Below the pieces are notes generated by a model that was not told the DNA's origin, ran no database searches, and saw only the letters and a list, made by a program, of their open reading frames with translations. The position numbers and the translations under genes were made by a program. 64,000 bases of DNA from Felis catus (taxonomy: Eukaryota): assembly GCF_018350175.1 (NCBI RefSeq), contig NC_058368.1, forward strand, positions 76,324,001-76,388,000, written 5' to 3'. Shown here piece after piece: positions 12,421-24,368 of the stretch; position 1 is the stretch's first letter; each line of letters begins with the position of its first letter.

Positions 12421-14062
12421 AAGTGCCTAGGATCAGGAATCAAAGAAGGAATTCTGATTCTGCTCTCAGCCTTTGCTCAAATGCCTTCCGATCTTATGAA
12501 ACTAAGTGAATGACGTAACCGGTTTTGAACTCCAGCCTCCGCACCAATTGTCAAAAATTGCATCATTTGGCTCGGGTCGCACCATCGTACGTAGCAGGCA
12601 TGACCCTCTTCAGGAGCTTCATGAACGCATACAGCTACAGCTCTCTTTTTTCCTCGCAGTTAATTACTTACCACCTCAAAGCCTTTATTAACAAGAAGTC
12701 CTTAGCTCCTCATGATCAACCCCTTCAAACCCAAGTGCTCTAGAGACACAGTCAGCTCAAGAAAGGTCAGTGCTACTTCCAAACACTAGACAAAAAGAAC
12801 AAGAAAGTCCGATCAGTCCACGGAACTGCTATTTTGATTGCTTCCGCCGGACATTGTGTTGAACGGACACTTCAGAGACTCCGATGGCTCTCCGTGTCTT
12901 GATTCGAGCTGCCTCGGCTAGTCCAGAACTCACCAGCAGCCAGAAGGGAGCTTCGCGCTTGAGGTGTGGACACAACACGGAAAGCAAGTGTTATGTGGAA
13001 TTAAAAACGCGAAGAAGGCTTAAGACGTCCAGATATTAATAACCTTGGAGCTCTGGGCACCCCAAATTGTGCTAAAAGCCAGGCAGCGTGCTCTGGGGTC
13101 ACGATAGGAACCGTGGAATTCCAGTTCCTCTGTGGCAGATCTTTGCGGAAACTCTAGAGTATGCGGCGAAGGGTATTTTTGGAAAGCTGGTGTTTATTTG
13201 AATCGGGGCTCAGGCTATTGGAGATGCAGCGTGCAGACCGACGTGTATAGACATGCTTAATTCTTCAGAGGGCTATTCTGAGGGTGAATGAATAACAAAG
13301 GTAAAAGAACATTAACCCATACTCCTCAGGGAACCACACTAGCCACTGAAAATACAGATACGGCGTTTTTCACCACCCTTGACAAGCCTTCAACAGAGGA
13401 CAGTAAACATGACTTTCAAGCTCATTGTTCTCTTGTCCACACTGAACACATGCAGATGCTGTTCCCCAAAGCACAGCGCAGCAAGAATAACTGGGTCCTC
13501 CAATGGTCTCCAGCCTCAGTATCATGCTCTGCCAAAGCTAGTTCTTCCCCTGAATACTTCGGTCCAAGGTCATGCGAAAAGCAGGTCATGATCTCAATCA
13601 GAGTCGGACTTTCCTCCTGGGGAGTCCCTTTTTGGAAACTGCATCCTGTCAGGTTCTGGTTATGGACACCTAGCTCAACACTAGAAAGTGTTCCTCACCT
13701 AAGGGCTCCTTGTCACCTGCCTCTACCCTGACAGCCCCTGAACTCGGCCTAATTCGGAGGAGGATTCGGCTAGGCCAAACTGAGACCGGGTTACTCTTCT
13801 TCCCCAAAGCAAGGACGCTGCCTAATTAAAGAAAACCCAGGGAAGCTTTCCAAAGGAGAGGTGTCTTACCTCGAGAAAACAGAGAAATAGCTGACATATT
13901 TTAGGACGTACTTCACGTCTTCTCCCCGGGCTTGATGACAGGTGGTTGATACAAAATATAGGGAAATGAAGGTGCTTTGCAATAATTAAATACATGACTC
14001 ACCTGCCCTCCTTTTCTTTTGAAACACTAGAACATTGATTAAGTGAACCAGAGACTTTGGCA

Positions 14063-14799
14063 GGTGATGTGCCATTTGCCTAGCTGTACAGGTGTCATTC
14101 CAAACTTGATTGCACATTCCCTGGGAACAGAGGCGATGTCTGTACGCCATGTGACAGTTCTCGAGCATCATAACGGGAAGGGCATGTAAAGGGGTCTAGA
14201 AACATTTGTCAACTTACCGGTTTATAGACACAACTAATCGTTGCTATTTTCAAATCGTATCTCCTCCGCTGAACTTTTCGCATCCAAGGCATCACCGCTG
14301 GTTGTTAGGTCCTTCAATATGTACTCTTCTCTGCTGACAGCTTTGCAAGGTCGATTAAAAAAAGAAGAAGAGGGGCGCCTGGGTGGCGCAGTCAGTTAAG
14401 CGTCCGACTTCAGCCAGGTCACGATCTCGCGGTCCGTGAGTTCGAGCCCTGCGTCGGGCTCTGGGCTGATGGCTCAGAGGCTGGAGCCTGTTTCCGATTC
14501 TGTGTCTCCCTCTCTCTCTGCCCCTGCCCCGTTCATGCTCTGTCTCTCTCTGTCCCAAAAATAAATAAACGTTGAAAAAAAAAATTTTTTAAAAAAGAAG
14601 AAGAGAAGAAAAACACCGTATCCGTATCTCAGTAACATGGATGATTCTTCGATGGCTGTGTCGTAAATCTCATTGGCCTCACTATTCACGGTCCCCGCCG
14701 CAGCTGAGCGAAGAGGCAGGGCTTTACCCACATCTCGGTGATGAGCCATTTGCCTAGCTGTACAGGTGTCATTCCAAACTTGATTGCACATTCCCTGGG
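14063..14799. repeat. 63-bp direct repeat pair (14063-14125 and 14737-14799)
   Basis: ggtgatg(t/a)gccatttgcctagctgtacaggtgtcattccaaacttgattgcacattccctggg, 62/63 identical. Confidence 0.98.
14372..14590 (+). mobile_element. Young felid Can-SINE (SINEC_Fc)
   Basis: CpG-rich head gggtggcgcagtc...cagccaggtcacgatctcgcggtccgtgag; 14-bp TSD aaaaaagaagaaga at 14358-14371 and 14591-14604. Confidence 0.97.
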
Positions 14800-15746
14800 G
14801 GGACATTTCAAATGTCCAGCAGGTGGACATTTCAAATGACAGGAGCTCTGACTGCAATCAACTCCCAGGGTGGAAAAGCACACTTCACAGCCTCCACCAC
14901 GGCCCTCCTTCAATTACACGCCCGAACGGAAGAAACTGAGTGCCACGTGGCCATGGTTAAGACGGGCCCTGCTGCCCATGTGCAGAACAGGATGCAAATC
15001 CAGAGCCCAGGCCGGAAGAACCGGAGTCTTTTAAGCTCCAGCTGGCGTTCTGATTCCTTGTAATCCTTACATTTTGTGTCATCCCCACGTCCGACAGTAT
15101 TTCTTTCTGTGCCGCTGCGAATGAGAAAATGAACTTGTAGCTGCAACAAGACCATATCAGAAACACGTTTCAAGCTTTCCTCGCATACAGTAGCTTATTG
15201 TTGCATGAGGTTTTTTTTCCCCCAGGTAAGAGGTTCGTTTTCCACCCGGCCTTCTGGTTGACTCAGCACGAAAGCGTCCACAGATGCCGCCTCTGCCTTG
15301 AAAGGGAGCTGCTCACGCGCGCCTGAGTCATGTTTATGGGGAGTTACGTTAAAGTGGAGTTGAGACGGGGGCATGTTACCCCGGTTCTCATTTCAATTCC
15401 AAAGCCACGTTTTCTCTCACTTACCAGGAAGCATAGCTAGCGAACGTGAAGTTCACCCGTGGCAGGGAACCAACTCCCGCAGCCCCAAACCTCGTGGGAT
15501 CCCCGCCGATAACATCAAACAGGACAAGTAGAGCAAAACACTGGGGTGAAATTGAATGTATCTTGAGGAAAACCCTGACCAAGATCAGAGGTTCTATGAA
15601 CATGTTAAAGAATGTCAACGTTGCTGGTTTCAGAGAGTTTAACAAAATGCACACGGACTTAAGATAGAGTAAAAAAAAAAAAAAAAAAAAATCAAGTTCA
15701 GCATTGCTTGGCTCAGTTTTGGTCTCCCAAACAGGCAGCTTTTGGG

Positions 15747-15836
15747 TTTTTCTTTTTTTTCTTTTTCTTCTTCCTCCTCCTCCCCCTCCTCCCCCTCCTC
15801 CTCCTCTTCTTCTTCTTCTTCTTTTTTTTTTTTTTT
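15747..15836. repeat. 90-bp pure pyrimidine (T/CTT/CCT) tract
   Basis: Only C and T over 90 bases. Confidence 0.95.
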
Positions 15837-15893
15837 AAGATCAAAGATGGGAGAGAATAAGAAGTGTTTGATAAAGGGAAAACAGGGTTGGTG

Positions 15894-15935
15894 GGAGACA
15901 ACAGCACATAGAGAGGAGACAACAGCACATAGAGA
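15894..15935. repeat. 21-bp tandem duplication
   Basis: ggagacaacagcacatagaga x2. Confidence 0.95.
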
Positions 15936-17245
15936 GAGGAGTCAGAATGTGTCTGTCAGAAGGGCCAGGGGGGAGCAAGCAGAGACCAGCCGGTGGTGGA
16001 CCAGGTCCCTGAGAACAGTAATCAGGGAATTACGGGAGTCACAGCTTGGACTCACAGCCGGCCACACCTGCTAGGGCACACGCCTGGCCTGCATAGCTCG
16101 TCCCTGAGCCCACACAATCCGCTGCAAGGAAACCGCTTCAAACCCCATCCCCTTACACCTTCAAATCCTATCCCCGGACGCTCAAAATTCCTCTAACAGA
16201 ACTTAGTCTGGGATTACCCAGTGGTAATAAGATCCCTCAAGGGTAGCGTTGTGTACAGCTCACATTCAAATAAAATTATCTGCATCAGATGAAGGGGGTT
16301 TTTTTTGTACGTTGCAGAAAGGAACAGAAAGCAAAAGATGGGAAGACGGGGTACAAGGAGCTTGTAGGCAGGAAGTTGGAATTCGGGGGAGCTTGGCTGA
16401 TTTGGGGAATTTACCTAGCATGGTCGGCCAAGAAATGGGAGCAAGGGTTTTGATTCCCCCCCCCCCCCCCCCAGTGAGCGCCCAGTATGGGCCAGGTCTC
16501 CTGCTAGAGCCCAGAGCATTCATGGAAAGGCAGACAGTTGTCATTTCCCCATCCGGTGAGACCCACATCAACCACAGCCCTCTGACTGTTCAACACCGGG
16601 AGGCTGTGCTGAAGCAGCCTCAGTGCCCCCAAAAGAGTGTGACTGTTTCAGAGGCCAGAGTTCTGCCTTCATTCTCACTTTCTTCTCAAACTCCTCCCAC
16701 TTGGTTCCCACCACGAGCAAAAGGGAATAAAGTCACCAAATGATACACACATTGATCGAAAGATAGTTTTCAACACTCATCTTTCTCTAGCCCGTTCCTC
16801 GAGGTCCAGGTCAAATGCTATTTTCTGTGAGGAGCCTTCCTCAGTTTCCCTTGGGAGGCTGAGTATGGCACCCCTTGATTGAGTTTGAGGCTCCTCGGGT
16901 ATTGGATTGTCTCCAGGGGAGGAGCTCGGCACTGAGCTGGCGCTCAGCTGGGCACAGAAATCAAGTTAAGGAGAGTAGGAACAGCTGAGTTGACAATGAG
17001 CTTGGTCCCTATTTATTTCTACCATTTTTTCCCTCACATTTATCATAGTGTCGTCACTCTTTTGTTGTTTACTTATTTTCTGAGACCATGGGTGGGAGGA
17101 GACACCCAGTGGCATTTTCCCCTCTCTCTACAATGCTATCAATAATATATTTGCCGATCATTCATCTAACCACCATCGGATGAACATTCATGCTGTTATC
17201 AGCAGCAAAGGCATCCATCCTATCGCTCCTCAGAAAGTATCGCCA

Positions 17246-17458
17246 GGGGCGCCTGGGTGGCTCAGTTAGTTGAGCGTCTGACTTCGGCTCAGGTCATGAT
17301 CTCTCAGTTCATGAGTTCAAGCCCCACGTCGGGCTCTGTGCGGACAGCTCGGAGCCTGGAGCCTGCTTCAGATTCTGTGTCTCCCTCTCTCTCTGCCCCA
17401 ACCCCACTCACATTCTGTGTCGGTCTCTCTCAAAAATAAATAAACATTAAAAAAAAAA
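17246..17458 (+). mobile_element. Can-SINE
   Basis: Full element; TSD ag(a/g)aagtat(c/t)gcca at 17232-17245 and 17459-17472. Confidence 0.97.
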
Positions 17459-20400
17459 AGGAAGTATTGCCACATATGACCCTCCACGAAGATCCCCAAA
17501 GTTCCCGCCATTACTACCCCCTTTCTGCCATCATTTTCTTCCCACTCACCTCTTATCTAGCTGTGAAGCAAGCAGACAGAGTTGAAAATAATGAGCATCT
17601 CAGGGAATCATTTTTACAGACACCAGACTGCTTAATTATTCCAAATTTCATCATTTCAGCCTACATAGATGCTTTCTGAACTAAGGTTTATAGGTCGTAC
17701 TAGCTCATCAACTCAAGACTCGCAGCAGCCAGACATGGTCCACCCAGCCTTCAACAGAGGAGTAGGAATGAATGCATGGGAAGAAGAGTGCTCTGGGCAT
17801 CTTGATACTTGTTAACGGGGAAAGAGAAAATCCAGGGCCCTATCTCCACCCTGGAGATGAACACTTCGTTTCATGCATCCTTGGGCTGAACATTCTTTAA
17901 AGAGTAAGAAGCCTTAAATACACGGGGTGGAAAGGGGTCATCCCAGCATATCTTGAATGATTTTTTACTCCACATACATATGATTGCAAAAAAGCATGAA
18001 GTATGGTCAAGTATGACTCTTGTGCTTTTCAGGACCTGCCCAAATGCCCAGCACATGAAAAATGTTCACGCTATGGTTGCCGAATGGACTGATGCCAATA
18101 ACACTATTGTTAGTCTCTTGGAGAAAGGGGCAAACACTGCTGGGTGTTTCTTCTTACCCACACTTTGAGAAAATAAATAAGTAAATAATAAAAGGGTGAC
18201 AATGCTATGATGAATGGCAGACAATGTCCCAGAAATGACTGAGGAGCAAATGCTAGAATGAAGACTGAACTAGCTGTCAACTCAGCTGTTTGCACTCTTA
18301 TCAACTCAGTCAACGTCAGCAGCCCATCTGGCCTCAGTTTCCCAATCTGTTTTAAGGGTGTTGCAATTACTGGATTTCTAGGGCCTCTAAATTCCTTTAA
18401 TCCCAGAAATACCGTGCTTTTTCTTTTAGCTCTCAGCATGTGAAGGCTTTTGAAACTTTTTTTAAAAAGAACAATTTTTTTCAAATGAACTTTCTTGGAA
18501 AACTATTTAAAAAATAAAAACAAGCCAATATTGCCAATATTGTTGATGTTTCAGAGGAATTCCCCATTAAAAAAAAAAAGACTTCTCATTTATACCCTAA
18601 GAAGTTGGGGGATACATTGAAAATGAAAATCAAATATCAGGTGAAAAATAGAGAACAGCAACTCCCTCCAGCTCTAAGAGCCAAATGGGGCTTGGTAATA
18701 CTTAACCTCCAAATTAGGCAGCACTGAACTGAAACAAACCTCAAGTCATGGAGAGGTGGGCAAAAACAGGTGCTCTAGGTTCCCTTTGAAATTCTGATGT
18801 GATCTTTGATAAAAAAGAAAAAAAAAAAAGAAAGAAAAGAAAAAAGAAACATAGAATCTTGGCAAGGCTTAGATCCCAAATAGCCTTACGACAATCACCC
18901 AGCAAAGCAGGCGCCCCGAGGACAAAACATCACTTCTTTTCTCCAAAGACAGCCCATTCTGTGTATCCAGTGGGAAAAATCGCTGTGATGTTTCATGATG
19001 TGTGAGAATGCTTCTTTATTATTCTTAGAAATATTCTACATTTTTGGACTGGAAATAAAGATTACATTTGGCCTTTAAAATGGCACAGTGATACCCACCG
19101 TGTCCAAAAATAAATTTCGGCGTTAATTTCTTGTAAAATTGTTGCAAAATCAAATTGTCTATATTGTGATTTTTACGATACTGGAACATTTTCCCGGAAA
19201 TATGTAGAGATTTATAGTTTTAAAAAGTACATCAAGAAAAAAATGCTTTTGTAGGAATCAAACGGTTGTAATTTTCTACGAAACTTTAAACTAGCCTCTG
19301 ATGGTTTCAATTTTACATCCAAGAAAACCAAGATAAATTTAACAGGTATATGAGAGCCTTCCTTGAGCATATAAATGCTCAGGATCATCATGATATATTA
19401 AGAGTCAGACTCCATGGACCAACACAGATATATTCGTCTGAATGACATACCCTTAACATGCTGGATCAGAGTATCTCTAATTTCTTGCTTAACATACTTG
19501 AGGAAGAATAAAGAAATTTTTCATTTTAAATGGCTCATGGTGGCAAATCAGGAATCTTTTCAAAACTGGCTGTTCGATTGCAAATTTGAATAACATGGAT
19601 GCGACGCTCAACCATATTGAGTTTTTGAATTCCTCCACCGAAAAAGAATTTATGGCAACAGGATATGATTAACCATCTACTAATTTTATAATCACAAAAT
19701 GACTCATGTGAGGCTGAGAGTCAGAATTTTGATAAAAGAAAGCACAGTCTAGTGGATGGAAGTAATGACAGGAAATTTACAGATAAAATTAATAAACGAC
19801 TAGGCATATGCAGTCATGATGCTGAGTCATTGTTTATTTGCTATCTAACTTGAAGGTTTTTTCAGGCGTCTAAGCTTATGATTTATATTATTTAAACAAA
19901 CATAAAATAGGTGAATTCTTCCCTGTGATGGATATCAACACACAAGAATGTAAATTAAACTTAATAACACGATCTGAGTATTCACGGCTACAAGTGATCA
20001 ATTAATGCCATGCCACCTCCCAATCAATCATGGCCTTAAGATTGCAAGAGGTGTCCTGAGTAATACAGAGCGGTATTTCTGTGGCAATAAGGGGAGAAAT
20101 AGAGGTAGCTTAAAATAAAAGAAGGAGAGTGAATAGTAGGCACAGAAGGGAAATTCCTAACTTGACTTCTCTTATACGAATCTAATTGTTTCTTTCCAAG
20201 GATCTGTCCTTCATTTCTGCAGCACCAGTGTCTATCCCAAGGCCTGACCCAGAGAAGGTTTTCAATAAGGCATCTGATAAATGAATATGTGAATGACTGA
20301 CTCAGGATATTAATCATTCACCACCCGAGGTATGAATGTGGCAGGCATGCGCATGGGCCATGGTGGGAGAGGGGGAGGAGTGGGGGGGGGGGAGGCAGGG

Positions 20401-20699
20401 AGGATGTAGAACAGCAGAGATGGAGACAGAATCATAGAAAACAGCCCCATTTTGAGAAAGGGAAGGGGGAGAGGAAATAGTGAACCGGAAGGCCGAAGGT
20501 AAGGGAGGGGTATCAAGCATGAGAAGTTAAAACAGTGAGAACAAAGGGACGTGGACACTCAAGAGCAGTTGCGGGGGAGGACTGGAACAGACATTATGTT
20601 CTAGAGTTTAAACGGTGAGGATGGGGAGTTCTAGAAGCAGTGAGTGGAGACAAAGAACCCTGAAGAAGGCCTAGACAGTGCATCAGAAAGAAATCAAAC

Positions 20700-20878
20700 G
20701 GGAGCACCCAGGAGGCTCAGTTGACCGACTTCAGCTCAGGTCATGATCTCACGGCTGGTGAGTTCGAGCCCCACATCGGGCTCTGTGCTGACAGTTTGGA
20801 GCCTGGAGCCTGTTTCCGATTCTGTGTCTCCCTCTCTCTCTCTGCCCCTCCCCATCCTGTGCTCTGTCTCTCTCTCTT
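20700..20878 (+). mobile_element. Can-SINE lacking its A tail
   Basis: ggagcacccaggaggctcag head, body and CT tract, then abuts an inverted SINE. Confidence 0.93.
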
Positions 20879-20879
20879 C

Positions 20880-21046
20880 AGCACGAGCGAGGGAGGGGTG
20901 GAGAGAGAGAGAGAGAGGGAGACACAGGATCTCAAGCAGGCTCTCTCAGCACAGAGCCCGATGCGGGGCTGGAACCCATGAACCGCAAGACCATGACCTG
21001 AGCCGAAGTTGGACACATAACCAGTTGAGCCACCCAGGTGCCCCCC
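20880..21046 (-). mobile_element. Can-SINE lacking its A tail
   Basis: (GA)n, catgacctgagccgaag, ends tgagccacccaggtgcccc. Confidence 0.93.
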
Positions 21047-21344
21047 AAAAAATTGTTTTAGAGAAGCATGTCCAACAGAAGCAGACATTCTCAGGAGGAA
21101 CAGAGAGGTGCATTGATCCTGGGAGCAGGTGGGCTTCCAGTCTATGTTCACACCTGTGCCAGCGTGCTTTGTAAATCACGCTGAAGCATGATTTTTTCCT
21201 GAAGCATCTTGCATGCAAAGAGCTATCCTAAACGCCATCACATTACAGCAAAGTAAGTCCTGGCGTGTCCTCCAGCTGAGACAAAAAAAGTTGACGGAGA
21301 AATTCACAGATGAAAGAAGGAACGTCCTCCTTTTATAACTGGAG

Positions 21345-22950
21345 TAATAGATGAAATGGATACATTCCTAGAAACTGATAACCTACCCAAACTGAAGCAA
21401 GAAGAAATAGAAAAGCTGAACAGACTGACCCGCAAAGAAATTGAATCAGTAATCCAAAAACTCTCCCAAAAGTCCAGAACAAGATGGATTCACAGGGAAA
21501 TTCTACCAAACATTTAAAGAGTTAATACCTATTCTTCTCAAACTCTTCCCAAAAACAGAATGTGAAGGAAAGCTTTCAAATTCACTCTATGAGGCCAGCA
21601 TTATCCTGACACCAAAACCAAGTAAATACACCACGAAAAAGAAAAGAGAGAGAACTACAGGCCAATATCTCTGATAAACATAGATGCAAAAAATCTTCAA
21701 CAAAATACTAGCAAACGGAATCCAACAATACACTTAAAAAATCATTTGGGGCTCCTGGGTCGCTCAGTCGGTTAAGCATCTGACTTCGGCTCAGGTCATG
21801 ATCTCACGGTTCGTGAGTTTGAGTCCCGCATTGGGCTCTGTGCTGACAGCTCAGAGCCTGGAGTTTGCTTCCGATCCTGTGTCTCCCTCTCTCTCTGCCT
21901 CTCTCCTGCTCGCATTCTGCCTCTCTCTCTCAAAAGTAAATAAACATTTTAAAAAATTTAAAAAAAGAATCATTTACCACTATCAGGTGGGATGTATTCG
22001 TGGGCTGCAAGGGTGGTTCAGTATTCATCAATCAATCAACATGATACATCACATCAATAAGAGAAAGAGTAAGAACCATACAATCATTTCATTAGATGCA
22101 GCAAAGGATTTGACAAAGTACAACATCCATTCATGGTAGAAACCCCCAACAAGCTAGGTTTCGAGGTAATAAACTTCAACATAATAAAGGCATTTTTTGG
22201 AAGACCCACAAGTGATATCATCCTCAATGGGAAAAACAAAAAAAAACAAAAAACAAAAAAAACAACAACAAAAAAAAAACCCAAACCAAAACAAAACAAA
22301 ACAAAAAACAACCTTACAGCCTTTCCCCAAAGGTCAGAAATAAGACAAGCATGTCCACTGTCACCGCTTTTATTCAACATAGTACTGGAAGTCTTAGCCA
22401 CAGCAGTCAGATAACAAACAGAAATAAAAGGCATCCAACTCAGTAGGGAAAAAGTAAAATCTTCCACTATTAGCCAGTGACATGGTCTTATATATAGGAA
22501 GCTCCTAAGAGTCCACCAAAAACCACTAGAACTAATAAATGAATTCAGTAAAAGTCACAGGATGCAAAAGCAATGTACAGAAATCTGTTGCATTTCTATA
22601 CACCGATAATGAAGCAGAAGGAGAAATTAAGAAAATCCCATTTACAAAGGCACCAAAAGTAATAAGATATCTAGTAATAAACCCAACCAAAGAGGTGAAA
22701 TGCCTGTCCTCTGAAAGCTATAAAATACTGATGAAAGAAATTGAAGACAGCACAGAGAAATGGAAAGACACTCCATGCTCATGGGTTGGAAGAACAAACA
22801 TTGTGATAATGTCTATACTACCCACAGCAATCTATGCATTTAATGTGATCCCTATCAAAATACCACCAGCAATTTTCACAGAACTGGAATAAACAATCCT
22901 GAAATTTGTACGGAATCACAAAAGACCCTGAAGAGCCCAAGTGATCTTGC

Positions 22951-22991
<41 letters not shown>

Positions 22992-24368
22992 AAAAAGAAA
23001 AGAAAAGAAAAGCTGGAGGCATCACAATTCTGGACTTCAAGTTTTATTACAAAGCTGTAGTAATCAAAACAGTATGGCACTGGCACAAAAATAGACACCA
23101 AGATCAAAAAACAGAATAGAAAATCCAGAAATGACCCCACAATTATATGGTCAATTACTCTTTGACAAAGCAGGAAAGAATATCCAATAAGAAAAAGACA
23201 AGTCTCTTCAACAAACATTGTCTGGAAAACTGGACACCAATATGCAAAAGAATGAAACTGGAACATTTAATTATACCATATACAAAAATAAATTCAAAAT
23301 GGATTAAAGAGCTAAATGTGAGCTCTGAAACCACAAAAGTCCTAGGAAAGATTACAGGCAGTAATTTCTCTGACATTGGCCATAGCAGCTTTTTTCGAGA
23401 CAGGTCCCCTGAGGCAACAGAAACAAAAGCAAACATAAACTATTGGGAATCAAAATAAAAAAGCTTCTGCACAGTGTAGGAAATAGTCAACAGAACTAAA
23501 AGGCAACCTTCTGAAAGGAAGAAGATATTTGCAAATGACATATGCAATAAAGGTTTGACATGCAAAATATATAAAGAATGTATGCAACTCAACATCTCAA
23601 AAACAAATAATCCAATTAAAAAATGGGCAGAAGACATAAACAGACATTTCTCCAAAGAAGACATCCAGATGGCTAACAGACACATGAAAAGATGCTCATC
23701 ATCACTCATCATCAGGGAAATACAAGTCAAAACCACAATGAGATACCACCTCGCACCTGTCATAATGGCTGAAACAACCCAAGAAACCACTGGTGTTGGC
23801 GAAGATGTGGAGAAAAAAGAACCCTTTTGCACTGCTGGTGGGCATGCCAATTGGTGCAGCCACTGTGTACATCAGTATGATGCTTCCTCAAAAAGTTAAA
23901 AACAGAACTACCCTGTGATCTGATCATTTCACCACCTGGCGTTTACCAAAAAACACAAAACACTAATCCAAAGGGATACATGCACCCCCATGTTTATAGC
24001 AGTATTTACAATAGCGAACTTAGGGAAGCAGCCCAAGTGCCCAACAAGAGATGAATGGATAAAGAAGATGTGACACACACAATGGAATAATATTCAGCCA
24101 TAAAAAGGAATGAAGTCTTGCCATTGGAAATGACACGGTTGGAGCTGGAGAGTACCATGCTGAGTGAAATCAGTCACAGAAAGACAAATACTATATGATT
24201 TCGCTCATACGTGGAATTTAAGGGGCAAACCAAGAAACAGACTCAACTACAAAGGACGAGTGGATGGTTCCCAGAGGGGCAGGGTGGGGAGATGGGGAAA
24301 ACAGGTGATGGGGATGAAATAGTGCACTTGTTGTGACGAGCACTGGGTGATTATAATAAAAAAAAAAA
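21345..24368 (+). mobile_element. 5'-truncated, inactivated carnivore LINE-1 (ORF2 RT and C-terminal region plus 3'UTR)
   Basis: Fragments translate to L1 ORF2 motifs ([57 protein letters not shown]); many stops and frameshifts; 3'UTR gagcactgggtg then A tail. Confidence 0.97.
21748..21966 (+). mobile_element. Can-SINE nested in L1 ORF2
   Basis: Full SINE; L1 text resumes after duplicated aatcattt. Confidence 0.95.

Noticed and set aside
14063..14838. Repeat pair as a CRISPR array or LTR pair
   Set aside because: Eukaryotic DNA, only two copies, no spacer periodicity, no TG...CA ends and no internal retroviral sequence.
15713..16074. Poly-Lys/Arg and poly-Ser ORFs
   Set aside because: Translations of the pyrimidine low-complexity tract.
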